DNA of 64,000 nucleotides, from positions 82,956,001-83,020,000 of the forward strand of contig OX597825.1 of assembly GCA_951406725.2 (NCBI GenBank), read 5' to 3'. A model generated the notes under the pieces. It saw only the letters and a program-made list of their open reading frames with translations. It made no database searches and was not told the origin of the DNA. This stretch comes from Octopus vulgaris (taxonomy: Eukaryota). Positions 1 to 15,190 of the stretch are shown in pieces. Positions within the stretch are counted from its first letter, which is position 1. Every line of letters starts with the position of its first letter. The translations under genes and the position numbers were made by a program.

Positions 1-972
1 GGAAGGGCAAATTTGGGAACAAAAACAGGACAGTGGAGACATACAACGAAACCGAACGAAAAGAAACGTGGAGGATCGCTAGAGCAGAACGATGATAAAA
101 TAACGAACGCTGGAGAAATGTTTCCTTCGAAAAGAGAAAAGACAGAAGAGAGAGAGGGAGAGAGACAGACAGACAGACAGACAGAGCAAATCTGCAGCAG
201 GAGCATTTGATAACTGTAAACAAATAATGCGTGCAGGTCGTTCGGCCATAGCTGAATCCCATAAACCGTCTTAGAAGGGACAGTCGATCCTATATGTATG
301 TGTGTAGCCATATACTATATATCTATTTATATACGTGTGTATGCGTACGTGTCTACGTATGTATGTACTTATATATAAGCATATGCATGACGGGCTGTCA
401 CACAGTTTCCTGTTACCGAATTCCCTAAAAGGGCATAGGGGCCGACTGATCCCTAAGTTCACTCAATTTGCAATGATAGCTCCTTAACAACACAGTCAAG
501 CCCGCGCCTATAAATTATATATTTTGTTTATTTATTTCCTTTTTGTATCCGTTAATAGCTTTCAGGAAATTATATTTCCTCTCTTATAATTTATGCGTAA
601 ACAATATCCTTAGAGCGAAACTTTCATAAATTCACTGCGCACAGAAGCGTCGTTACATTATGAAGTTTCAGTTTTCAGTTTGGTATATCTGGTAATCACT
701 TTTCAGGGATGATTCGTATTTAATCTGTAAAATAGCATAAAAAATGGTGGACGCGTGGTTGTTTGTTGAAGAAACTCACTTTGCCACCAGATGGCTTTGG
801 TTTTAGTCCTATTGTGTACCATCCTGGGCATGTGTATTAAACTATAGCCATGAGCCGAATTTTAATTTTTGTCGAATAAATTGACCAGAGTACTGATTTT
901 TTAAAAGCCTAGTACCCAAAAGATCCCTTTTGCTAAATTGCTAAGTTACAGTTAAGCAAGCACACCAATACC

Positions 973-1196
973 TATTTCTTTATTACCCACAAGGGGCTAA
1001 ACACAGAGGGGACAAACAAGGACAGACATAAGTATTAAGTCGATTACATCGACCCCAGTGCATAACTGGTACTTAATTTATCGAACCCGAAAGGATGAAA
1101 GGCAAAGTCGACCTCGACGGAATTTGAACTCACAACGTAACGCAGACGAAATACCGCTAAGCATTTCGCCCAGCGTGCTAACGTTTCTGCCAACTC
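973..1196 (-). mobile_element. tRNA-headed SINE family A
   Basis: A/B-box-like head and a GGTCGACTTTGCCTTTCATCCTTTCGGG central domain. TSD GCACACCAATACC/GCACGCCAATACC. Inserted in a decayed minus-strand family B copy (~880-1365). Confidence 0.9.
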
Positions 1197-1371
1197 GCAC
1201 GCCAATACCAGCTGTCAAACGATTGAGGCATGGAAAGAAACATAGACTTAAAGTCACACACACGCACACTCATATACACACGCACACATGTGTATATATG
1301 TTTATGTGTGTGTGTTTGTGTGTGTGTGTATACGAAGGGCTTTTTCAGTTACTGTCTACCTAAACTACTGA

Positions 1372-1507
1372 AAAGTCTTCCCGTCCACATGATTCTGGGT
1401 TCAGTCCCACTGCGTGGAACCTTTGGCAAGGATCTTCTACTATAGGCTCGTGACGACCAAAGCCGTGTGAGTGGATTTGGTTGATGGAAACTGAAAGAAG
1501 CCCGTCG

Positions 1508-1573
<66 letters not shown>

Positions 1574-1862
1574 TGTGCGCCTTGTGAGTGGATTTGGCAG
1601 GTGGAAACTGAAAGAAGCTCGTCGTATATATATATATGTGTGTGTGTATGTGTCTGTGTTTGGCCCACAACCATCGTTTGACAACGGATAACGGTGTGTT
1701 TATGTCTCCGTAACTTAGCGTTTCGGCAAAAGAGACCGCTGGAATAAGTACTAGGTTTAGAAAGAATAAGTCCTGGGTTCAGTTTGCTCGACTAAAGGCG
1801 GTGCTCCAACATGGCCGCAGTCAAATGACTGAAACAAATAAAGGAATAAACGAATAAAAGAA
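1372..1862 (+). mobile_element. SINE family B with internal duplication
   Basis: GGGTTCAGTCCC B-box-like motif. The GTGAGTGGATTTGG..GGAAACTGAAAGAAG block plus microsatellite is present twice. Family B tail. Confidence 0.88.
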
Positions 1863-2371
1863 TATCTTATCAAAAGCATTGAAATCGCAGAATGGCTTAG
1901 TGAAGGTGATAAAACTCTTCTCAACGTCTGTTCCGTTCGTTTGTACTCAGAGTTTCAAAGCCTCCATATATGTTTCCTTCTTTTCCATAGGGTTCGGATC
2001 AATGAAGTACTCCTCTCCCTCTCTCCCTGTTTCTCTCTCTCTCTCTCTTTGCTTTCCCTTCTCTCTGTCTCCTGATCTCTATCTCTCTGTCTTCTACTTG
2101 TCTGTCTCTTTGTCTTCCTTTCTCTCTCTCTCTCTCATCCCTCTCTCTCTCTCTCTCTTTCTGCCTATATCCTCTTCTCTCTCTTTCTCTCTTTCTGTTA
2201 TTCTGCTTCATTTTGCTATGACACGTGTAGGGAATCATTCACATCATCCCCAGTCCGAATATGGAAGAGAATCGTTCGAGGGATAAGAACTGAATCTTAT
2301 CTCAGGGCAAAATCTACTGCCAAGCTACCTGGACTAATCTGTTAAGTAGTGCAGATTTCTGCGTAATTTAC

Positions 2372-2780
2372 TCTCTCTTTTATTCTTTTACTTGTTTCAG
2401 ACATTTGACTGTGGCCATGCTGGAGCACCGCCTTTAGTCGAGCAAATCGACCCCGGGACTTATTCTTTGTAAGCCCAGTACTTATCCTATCGGTCTCCTT
2501 TGCCGAACCGATAAGTGACGGGGACGTAAACACACCAACATCGGTTGTCAAGCAATGCTAGAGGGACAAACACAGACACTCAAATACACATACATATATA
2601 TATATATATATATACATATATACGACAAGCTTCTTTCAGCTTTCGTCTACCAAATCCACTCACAAGGCATTGGTTGGCCCGGGGCTATAGCAGAAGACAC
2701 TTGCCCAAGGTGCCATGCAGTGGGACTGAACCCGGAACCATGTGGTTGGTTAGTAAGCTACTTACCACACAGCTACTCCT
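2372..2780 (-). mobile_element. SINE family B (full length; CORE-like CTTGGGCAAGT motif)
   Basis: Reverse complement is highly similar to 21559-21975. Confidence 0.9.
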
Positions 2781-2917
2781 TCATTTGCGAACAAAAATTC
2801 CTTCGTTCTTTTGCATTATTACCTCTTCCTGGTAAAAAAAATAGTAGTTCCAGCCTTTTAATGGAAATGCTTATCCGAATTGATAAAGAGCAATTTGAAT
2901 TTAGGATACTTATATTA

Positions 2918-3036
2918 TTTTCTGCTCTAGGCACAAGGCCCGAAATTTTTGGAGAGGAGGCCAGTCAATTAGATCGATCCCAGTACGCAACTGGTACTTA
3001 ATTTATGGGCCCAGAAGGCAAAGTCGACCTCGGTGG
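2918..3036 (-). mobile_element. SINE family A 3' fragment (alternative tail)
   Basis: GGCAAAGTCGACCTCGG, GCAACTGGTACTTAATTTA and TCTAGGCACAAGGCCCGAAATTTT motifs. Confidence 0.75.
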
Positions 3037-3241
3037 CATAGATCATAGATCATAGATCATGCCATAGATCATAGATCAAAATTTACAGATGCTGTAGATA
3101 TTTGCAAAAGCCTGAGTTAAGCATAAATCTGTATGTTGCTATTCGTATGAAACTTTAAGTTACTTTGTCCCCAAAAACATACTCTGTATGAATTCTTCAC
3201 AACTCTCATAATAGTGTTTTATGTTACTGATTTAATAGTAG

Positions 3242-3612
<371 letters not shown>

Positions 3613-4181
3613 CTCCATCTATGTAGCTATCTCTTTATCTCCCTCTCCACACATACACACACATATATATAGAGAGAGATAGAGAGATAGATAAATAGAT
3701 AGATATATAGATAGAGAGAGAAAGAGAGAGAGAGTGATGGGTTTGTGTATATGTATACATATATGGGTGTTTGTGCGATTATGCACTATCGGTTAGGAGA
3801 GTGCACGTAAAGGACAAAAGGGGTATCGGGTTATCAGAGATTTTCAATATGAGACAATTGATCATTAAACCCTCAGTTCGACAAACAATGATACGTCAGG
3901 TATTTACAAAAACGAACATGAGTTATTGAGTGAAAAAGAGGTTTCTCAGCAATTCTACGGTGCCAGGTGCATATTTTTTTACGACGGAGAAGTGGAATCC
4001 ATGAAACAATATATACACAGAGTAACTGTAGAAAAAGCAATTAAAAACACATTTAACGCGTTAAGTTCTGATATAAGCGTCTGCTCGTGAAAATGGTGCT
4101 CAATATCACATATCACGATTAAGTATAGGGTATACATGTATGTATATATGTGTGCATATATGTATGTTTGTATGTATATAC

Positions 4182-4941
<760 letters not shown>

Positions 4942-5842
4942 TATATGTATGTGTATGTGTGTATATATGTATGTATGTATGTGTGTGTTTGTTTGTGCGT
5001 GTGTGTTTGTGTGTGTATTTAAACTGCATTGGATAACTTATTCATCCAGCTTGCTGCTGATATATAAACCTCACCCAAAAGGACTCCATATATAATGTGG
5101 TCAGTCTAAACATGATATTCGTAGAATCTTCCATCATTGGCAAACTAAAAGTAACCACAAAAACGGTCTAGATGATAAAATTAAGAAAAGGGTATGAGCA
5201 TAGAAGTTAAGACATGAAGACACAAATCTATCAAGGAAATAATTGAGCAGATAGTTCTGAAGTAAAACGTTTCTTGGAGACACAAAGATGCTAGTATTGT
5301 TCGAGTCGGTTATCCGGTTTTGTAGAGTGTAGACGAAGGACGTAGAAGGATCTCCCATCGACTGGACGGCAGTCAGTCATAGGGTAACGCGTTTGCATAT
5401 AAGCCGGCCAGAGCAACGTGTTGTGACCATGAGCAACGAGAAATGCTGTATTTTCCTCGAGAACAAACCCGTTCTGTGAAGCGAAACCACGAAGTTGTGA
5501 TCGTGAGCGCAAGCAGCTAGCCCGTAGGAGATGAATTCCATTGATTTTTTTAGCAAATTAATTTGGAGAAGTGACAAAAGTTTTTACAAAGCTTGGCGGG
5601 TTAAGAGTCAAGATCTCGTTTGCAACAGGATGTACAAAGTCTGATACGGCATCAGTACGAAGCTGTACAAGGTCATTCTTCTATCAGTCACAACCAACAT
5701 ATTTTGAATGCAAACTCACGTATGCATATGCCCATATATATACACACATATGAAAACATGCATATATATATATATATATATACGCACACAGCACAAACAT
5801 TTATATATGCAAACGTAAATTCACAAGGTTGTCTCTATATAG

Positions 5843-5874
<32 letters not shown>

Positions 5875-6328
5875 CTTATGAATGTAGAAATATTATTATA
5901 TATATAGAAGTACTTTTATCCAGCTATATATGGGTGTATATATATGCATATATATATATATATATATGTTATGTCTGTGTGTGTGCGTATACACATGCAT
6001 ATGCACGAAAGCCGACACATGCATACACACAAACTCGCATATGTACACAAACACACACACACATATATATATACATATATCCATAAGTACATACCTACAT
6101 AAGTGTATATATGCGTGTGTTTTATTGCACATATGCTAAAGGAGGATGACACGAACCCTACATGTAGTGAAGTAGATTTCTCTACGATCGCAACAGACAA
6201 TTCTCAATCGATATAAGCGACGCACTTGGGCTCTTTATCTGTTTATATATCTTCGTAAAACTACATACATACAAACACACACACATACACGCACACACAC
6301 ACATACACACACACACACACACATACAA

Positions 6329-6361
<33 letters not shown>

Positions 6362-6870
6362 CATGTGTGTAGTTGTGCCTCGTTCTCGTGTGATGCGATC
6401 GATAAACAACCTGAAAGATCTCTGGGTTAAGGGTATTTCGATATATTTATTATGGATTCTCTTTCGCATAAGTAGTATTTTTAGAGTAATAAGCAAACCT
6501 AACGCTTTCTGCGTCAATGCTTTAACTTGGAAGTGATAGCCTACGACAAGCCAAGTAGCTTCAAAGTGGTAACTTACTCGCAAAATAATAGCATCTGACG
6601 TCCATACATTATATATAATATATGCAGTATGTATGCTTGTGTGTATATATATGTGTGTATGTGTGTGTGTGTGTGTGTGTGTGAGTCTATGCGTACTCAG
6701 GTGTGTGTATGCAAAAATATATAGCAGCTACTTGTTCGTGTAGATATATATATATATATATATGCACTTACACAATTATTTATATGTCAATATGCATAAT
6801 ATTGTGTATATTTGCATTTACGTATATATGTATGCATGTCTGTATGTATGTATGAAGTGTACATATACAG

Positions 6871-6908
<38 letters not shown>

Positions 6909-6948
6909 ATTCGATCTGGGTATATGTATAAATATGTAAGTGCATATA

Positions 6949-6978
<30 letters not shown>

Positions 6979-6979
<1 letters not shown>

Positions 6980-7708
6980 GACATCTTCTGTGTACAGCTA
7001 GCTTTTATATATACCCAGCTATGCCACTTAGAGTACGATTTGTCTAAGCATCGCTTTTAAGCACTATCGTTGTATAGGTCCTATATAAATATGTATATAC
7101 ATATGTATGTACATATACATATACATATAAATACATATAAATACATATGTGTATATGTATATACGTATATATATATGTATGTGAATATATACAAACATTT
7201 ACATTTACATATATATGTATACACATACATATATATATACAAATATATATATATATATTTATATATATATATATATGCATATATATATATATATATATAT
7301 ACATGAATATGCATTTGCGATATATTTTGGGATGTATTCATAGACGAAACACTTATATTATATATGGACAATCTTCATGCATGTAAGTATGTATATATAT
7401 ATATATATATATATGCATATATATATATATATGCATATATATATATATATATATTTGTATATATATATGTATGTGTATACATATATATGTAAATGTAAAT
7501 GTTTGTATATATTCACATACATATATATATACGTATATACATATACACATATGTATTTATATGTATATGTATATGTACATACATATGTATATACATATTT
7601 ATATAGGACCTATACAACGATAGTGCTTAAAAGCGATGCTTAGACAAATCGTACTCTAAGTGGCATAGCTGGGTATATATAAAAGCTAGCTGTACACAGA
7701 AGATGTCA
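6979..7708. repeat. Large inverted duplication (~310-bp arms, ~80-bp spacer)
   Basis: Unique sequence TGACATCTTCTG...GTATAGGTCC plus complex AT microsatellite at 6979-~7300 is the reverse complement of ~7390-7708. Confidence 0.92.
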
Positions 7709-8145
7709 ATATAATGAAATCAGAATGCTAAATGTCTCGATCGTTTAACGTGTTAACATAAAAGGAATTTAAATACCTCCTGTATTTTATACAAGTTTTG
7801 TGTTTCTTTGTTTGTAATTGTTAATCTCGGTGTATTTTAAACATTCTGAGACGAGGCCGCCTTCCTGATTTTATCGTAAGCTCTCGCATTTGTTTCTTGT
7901 AATCTTCTTACAACCATTAAAGATGGCGCTGCTATGCTAAACGTGTAATAATCGATTCAAAAAAAGGCGTCCTGTCTGGTCGTTCAACCCGCTACGTGTC
8001 TACGAGTAGCTGCCTAATCGTTTTTCACAGAACAACACTGAAGTATTTTTGTCATTTTTGTTCTTTCGTTTTGAAGACACCTTGTATAACAGTGTCATAG
8101 ATACACTGTCTCACCATTAATAATAATAATAATAAAATAATAATG

Positions 8146-8257
<112 letters not shown>

Positions 8258-8672
8258 GGCAGATATAGTTGTCAGAGATCATGAAGAAAAAAAGTCCATT
8301 CTAACTGATGTATCAATACCAGCAGATGACAACGTGTCTCTAAAAGAAATGGAGAAACTTTCAAAATACAAACACCTGGAAATAGAGGTAACCAGAATGT
8401 GGAATCTAAAAACAGAAACAATCACTATCATAGCAAGCGCATTAGGCATGATAAAAAAATATTCAGAGAAATACATAACAAAAACACCAGGACTTACAAA
8501 CACATATAACATACAGAAAATTGCACTACAGGGCACTGCACACATCCTACGCAAAACACTTTCAATACAGTTACCATCAGAGAATCACAACAAATCACAA
8601 CACATACCCAAGGCACACAGAGCTGCGCTCGGTAGTGAAGTGAAAGCATGCTATAAAAATAAAGCTACTGAA
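8258..8672 (+). mobile_element. 3' end of an R4/Dong-like non-LTR retrotransposon (restriction-like endonuclease domain)
   Basis: DIVVRDHEEKKSILTDVSIP..KEMEKLSKY..LEIE..W..ALG..QKIALQGTAHILRK, typical of the RLE domain. Embedded in (AAT)n on both sides. Confidence 0.85.
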
Positions 8673-8674
8673 TG

Positions 8675-8760
<86 letters not shown>

Positions 8761-8761
8761 C

Positions 8762-8958
8762 CTTTTCTACCGAAATTCGCGGGGAGGGCACAAGTCGTTT
8801 ACATCGACCTCATTGTTTCAGTGGTGCTTAATTTATCGACCCCGCAAGGATGGAATGCAAAGTGGACCTCGGTGAAGTTTGATCTCAGGATGTGAAGACG
8901 GACAAAATGCCGCTGAACGTTTTGTCCGGCGTGCTAAAGTTTCTGCTAACTCGCCGCC
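8762..8958 (-). mobile_element. Diverged SINE family A
   Basis: AATTTATCGACCCC..GCAAAGTGGACCTCGG..CGGCGTGCTAA..CTCGCCGCC. Confidence 0.75.
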
Positions 8959-9012
8959 ACACAACAACTACTACCACAACAACTACTACTACTACTACTA
9001 CTACTACTACTG

Positions 9013-9112
<100 letters not shown>

Positions 9113-9504
9113 TTTTTAATACTGGTATATTTCATTCTGCGTGCTAAGCGATATGTCACGCGAAGGTCAAATTTTATTATTTCGTGGTCGATAAAAAAAG
9201 TACAATTCCTGAATTGCAGTCCATTGTTGTCTTTCTATCGGTTTGTCTTTCCTCAGTATAAAATCGTTTGAAGTCAGATTAAAGACGGTTGGGGTTCGTT
9301 GAGTCCAAAATTACCCACAACATCGTGATGCTCATTCTACATCCATCCTTCTCGAGGTTGGAGACAAAACTAGAAAGCCTGTCACCCATTGACTTATTTA
9401 TTAATTAATAGCACCAATGCACATTTAATTACACGCAAACATACTTCCTTTCTATTTCTTATCACGAATTGTTTCGTTTATCACTATTTAAACGATAGCA
9501 ATGT

Positions 9505-9695
9505 AGCGAACTGGAAGATTCGTTAGCACGCAGGACAAAATGCCTGGCAACCGTTCCTCCGTCTTTACGTTTTGGGTTCAAATACCACCGAGGTCGACTT
9601 TGCTCGTCATCTTTTCAAAAGAATTCAGAAATGGGGTAATCGACTACCCCACTCCATTCAAAATTCCAGCCCTTGTGCTTGTGAAAGAAACGATT
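9505..9695 (+). mobile_element. Diverged SINE family A
   Basis: GCGAACTGG..CGTTAGCACG..GGGTTCAAAT..CCGAGGTCGACTTTGC. Confidence 0.7.
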
Positions 9696-12580
9696 ATAAA
9701 TATTGGTCGTAGGCAAGGTATGTCCGCATGCTGAAGAGGTTTCCTCCACATTCACGAGTACTAGAGACCTGTGTTACTGGCTAGCATGTTGGGGAAATGT
9801 GATTTTATATAACCTTCCGATCATTCAAACCTTCTGATTGAAATTAGCGACAGAAATTGTAATGAATCCCGGCAGGTGTGTTACACCTTAATGAAGAAAG
9901 AACAGAGATGCCATATACAAAACCTTGCATTACGCCGATTCTACCTGAAAACGACGTTGAAGGTACACGTGTCTGTGGAATACTCAGTCGCTAATACGTA
10001 AATTCAGGATCAGGTAATTCAATTGATTGTATGGAGATCCACCACAACAACAACCACAACATTTCGACGACTAGGGTGTCTTGCTAAAGGATTAAAACAG
10101 ACTTTGAGCAAGAAGCTTTTGAAATTTATAAACATGTCCTCTTCACTAAACTTATAAAATATGCAATGACATCAAAATATCTTCTCCAGCTGCATATTAA
10201 TGTGTTTTGTTTGCATAATAACCTAGAGGCATCGCTCTCTGTTTCGTTGACATGGTCGCAGCAGGAGTCATTTCTTCCATCTTATATCAAACATATAAAG
10301 TAGGCACAGTATGCCATAACAAGTTTCTATTTCATCCTAATCTCTTGAGATTATTCTTTTCTACTCTAGGCACAAGACCCGAAATTTTGCTTATCAATTT
10401 GTCAGGATCGAATAACAATAGAATTGAAGCCATGGGGTCCATAGGATCATACACATCAATCAGAAACTATTACTTAGAACCCTGAACTCAGAGAATCGTT
10501 TTGCACTATTTTTCCTCTGACTCTTTACATTCTGAGTTCGAATAACATTGACGTTCACCTTTCGCTTGTTATCATTTCAGGATCGATAAAATTAATTGAA
10601 GACCTCTTCTCTAAACATTATTTACCTTCCTATATTAATAACAAATAGTATTGCTTTAATCAGGTTGGTGTATTGACAGAATCGTTTCAGAGTCGGACAA
10701 GATTCCTTGCTGTGTTCGTAGCGGGTTTTAAAGTTTTAACCTTAACAAATCTTGCCGAGGTTAACTTGGCTTTTCATACACAACGGTTGATAACATAAAG
10801 TACTAACCAAGTACAGGGTGTGTTATAACCATCGCACCCTCCCATAACATTTGGAGCGACCGATACGAAGTTAGAAATAAGTATTATCATTGGTGCTGTG
10901 TTGCTGTAAATCATCCTTGGTTGCGAAACCTTATGATTCAATAAGTCACAGACCCTAATGATTCTTGATGCTGTCCAGCAAAAGTAAAGTGCATCGAGGT
11001 ATACATTGTCCAGTTTCTCTTTCGTTTTGATGATGGTAAATTGTAATTTAAGGGGCATTTGGTAGATATTTCTACCTTGCTGAGTTCTCCCTTACAGGAC
11101 CACTCATTAGCATTGCTGCATGAATCAATACAATACTGAACTTATTTCTCGTCATTTTACATTTGTTCATGCGTGTAATTTTCAATAAACCCCACATTGT
11201 GAACTACTTCATTTGTATAACTGTATTTCCTTCCTTAAATCTAACTTATTGTTTGTCCGTATTTTTCATACAAATCAAATGTTTCTGTCTCCTGTGTTTA
11301 TAGACATAAGCGTTGGTTCCATCCTGTTCTCTTTTATATAAACTGGCACATTCAAGTCGAGGGATTCCAAATTTTTAAACCCTTAAATGTGGATAAAATC
11401 TTAGCGGTCGAAATCTTTTTAATCTTTTTCTCTTTTACTTTTTCTTTTCTTTTTTCTTTTAACGTTTCCCGGCATCTTCCCAACGGTTCTCTTTCGTTAT
11501 CGTTGTATTCTAAAAACCTTCGGGAAATTTACCCACGTTTAAGAGACTTTTTGCAGCTTTCTTTTACATTTATATTAAAAACAACACAAGTTGCTAATTC
11601 TAGCGGATCTGGATGCCAATATCCACTGTTTTAATTGAGCGAATTTTGCAAATTCGCTTAAATACTCTGATCGTCTTTTTGATTTTACATTTCGCCAGCG
11701 CTTCCAGCCTCTCCATTATCCTACCGCAGATTGGCTGCAAAAGACAGAAGAGCTTTACACCCCAGGCTACTGTGCTGCATTATAGAATCAAATATTGCAT
11801 TTATATATACGAGATTGAATATACAACCAACAAATATTTCTAAGCAAGAAACATATACGTTCCAGTCAATTCACATATTCTATTATTCTATTATTCTTTT
11901 CTAGTCATAATCTTTGGACAAGCAGTCACGCTGAGGCAAAGTCTTGAAGGATTTAATCGATCATATCGCCTCCAGCACATATCTCAGCCTGGGATGTATA
12001 TTATTGATTTCTAATTCAGGAGCAGCTAAGATTACATATTTTGGCTACTCGTAGCATACACCCCTGAGAGATACATACAACGTGCAATGGATTCTAATGG
12101 GACATGGGTTGAAGACAGCTGACCAACAGAAGAAACATATTAATGCATAAAATCTGAATCTTCCGCCATATTTATTAACTTCGCTGCTCTTTCTTAAAAT
12201 ATCAAATAACCTGCACTGGGACAAGATAGTATGATTGAAGGAAGAGCAGAAATGTAAACATGCTAATCATTTGATATTTGCTGAATCGTGAGTTCAGCGT
12301 AAAACAAACACATACATTTTAACGCTGGGAGATTATTTGATTATCTGTTAGATGTACTTAGTGACCTGCAATCCGTACCGACTTTCACACTGAGTTATAA
12401 TTTGCCCCGAGGAATATAATTAAAAATCTGGTGCGGAAATGTGTTTCAAATAGAGATAAACCACAGGTTTTTACATACATGTGTGTATGTGATTTGTATA
12501 ATACATACATACGAACATATACACATACATATAAATATATATATATATAAACATATACATATATATATATACATGCGTAC

Positions 12581-12621
<41 letters not shown>

Positions 12622-12730
12622 CACACATATATATGTATATATATGTGTATATATATACATATATGTATATATATGTGTATATATATGCATATATATACAT
12701 ATATGTATGTGTATGTGTATATATATGTAT

Positions 12731-12798
<68 letters not shown>

Positions 12799-13099
12799 AA
12801 ACATAGATATGCATATATAAAATACATTTTTCCAAACCACTGAAATTAAATGTTACCGTAAAACATTACGTTGAACTGAAAATGCAAAAAATGAAACACA
12901 AAATGTGTACGTATGACCCTTGGAAGATTCAAAAACGTCACTTCGCACCAACATTAACATAAATACTTGTTGTTTGATGTTTTATGAAATGGCAGAAAAT
13001 GATGGGTGTAAAAAAATGTATGTGCATGTATGCGTCTACATGTGTGCGTGCGTTCGTGTATGTGTTAGTGTGTGCCTGTACGTATGTATATATATATAT

Positions 13100-13130
<31 letters not shown>

Positions 13131-13197
13131 TATAGATAGATAGATAGATATATGTATATGTGTGCATATGCGTGTGTATTTACACACACACACACAC

Positions 13198-13297
<100 letters not shown>

Positions 13298-13878
13298 GAT
13301 ATATTCAGACTTCAACAAAATCATTTCTGAATGCGTAGGCAATTTGGAAATATCTATGTCTTTATTGATTCATTTATGCTTTATATTTGTGTTTATTTGT
13401 TCGGTATTTAGGATTCCGAATTCTTCTGAAATATAATTTATTACACATACCGATTGTGGAGTGCGTAACTAAAAACATATCATGGCGTATATTTAATTGC
13501 TAGCGTGTTGGATATGCTGTAATTTGTTTCGATTCCAACTCTATCAAAGCTAGCTGTGCTTTGCATCCTTTCTAAGCTCGAATAATAAAAAGCCGTACCA
13601 ACCCTGTTCCGGGTGTTTGAGAGGAACTGTAAAGAAATCAAACAACTTGTTCTGTGGTGTTTGTCACTGTTGATTGGATCCTAATTTCAAATGACGTCAT
13701 AAGAAATGGTTTAACTTAATCGCCTTAGACTTCGAGTAACTTCAGCAAACTCAACGCCGTTGCATTTATTCGAACCAGGTCTCTACCGCCTCTTTTACTC
13801 TTACAAGATTTGCAAATTTGTAAAATATCACGGACTCTGCTATCCCTCCTGACTGTAATACACACACTCACACACACA

Positions 13879-13971
<93 letters not shown>

Positions 13972-14008
13972 TTAGAATCTTAAGAACCCCTATACTAATA
14001 GATTATTA

Positions 14009-14240
14009 GGGCGGCGAGCTGGCAGAAACGTTAGCACGCCGGGCGATATGCGTAGCCGTATTTCCTCTGCTGTTACGTTCTGAGTTCAAATTCCACCGAG
14101 GTCGACTTTGCCTTTCATCCTTTCGGGATCGATAAATAAAGTACCAGTTAAGCACTAGGGTCGATATAATCGGCTTAATCCGTTTGTCTGTCCTTGTTTG
14201 TCCTCTCTGTGTTTAGCCCCTTGTGGGTAGTAAAGAAACA
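14009..14240 (+). mobile_element. SINE family A, full length
   Basis: Head GGCGGCGAGCTGGCAGAAACGTTAG, B box GAGTTCAAATTCC. Perfect 18-bp TSD TATACTAATAGATTATTA (13991-14008 and 14241-14258). Confidence 0.95.
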
Positions 14241-14769
14241 TATACTAATAGATTATTAAACAGAAATATGGAATTCATAAACATTGCCTTGTGTGGCTTT
14301 GCATTTCTTTCATGGATTTTCTTCCATTTTGTTTAGGGCTTCATCGTTTTACAGATGCAGTTGTGACGCCTTAAGATGGCGTAATCGTTGGTCGTTATGT
14401 CTATATTGGTTATCTTACCTTTCGTATTTGAGGTCCTGTAGATCTCTTTCTGGTAATGGGATTTGAACTCAGAATATTGACGATTCTACAAAGCATCACA
14501 TTACGTTTAATGGACATATACTTCTAATCCACTGTTATTGGCCGCTACTTCATTTATCGATCCTGGACGCGTCACGAAAATCGTTACCCATGCGAAATTT
14601 TAGATTAAAATACTGAGAATTGTATAAAGTACGACTAGGCATTATGAGCGTCACTCTTCTGTCTCTGCTAAATCGCTGACGTTCCCGTTCGTTTATTCAG
14701 TTACAAATTCTCGCTTATATTCTTGTACCCTACAATATAAGGGACGGTGAAAGACAATGATTTCTACAA

Positions 14770-15190
14770 GTGGCAGGCAGAAGCCGAGAAATTTTGAGAA
14801 GAGGGAGCTGGTAGACTACCATCAGCCCCAGTATTAAACTGGTACATATTTTGTCGACCTAGAAAAGATGAACGTCAATGTTGATCTGGGCAGCCTTGGA
14901 AATAAAAACGGAAAAACGGACGAGATCCCGCCAAGAATCCTGTCCAACCTGCGAATGAGCTTGCCAGATCACCGCCCTCAATAATGGTTTCACATTTTTG
15001 TAGAGAAACAGCAGTTTTTGAATAGAGATGCAAATCGATTTCATCGGCCATACTGTTCAACTGGTTCTTATTTTATCGACCATGAAAAAATGAAGGCAAA
15101 GTGGACCTTGGTTGAATTTGAACTCAGAACGTAAAATCGGATGTGCTCGTAACGTAAAGATGGACGTGACAACGGTTCTGCCAACGTGCC
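14770..15190 (-). mobile_element. Two diverged SINE family A copies
   Basis: AACTGGTAC..TCGACC..AAAAGATGAA and GGCAAAGTGGACCTTGG..GAATTTGAACTCAGAACG motifs. Confidence 0.65.

Noticed and set aside
9725-9790. CTGAAGA followed by a GGTTTC/GAGACC stem
   Set aside because: There is no GAAA after the stem, so the hammerhead core is incomplete.
14009-14100. tRNA genes at the SINE heads
   Set aside because: A/B boxes are present, but there is no complete cloverleaf and each continues into a SINE body with a TSD.
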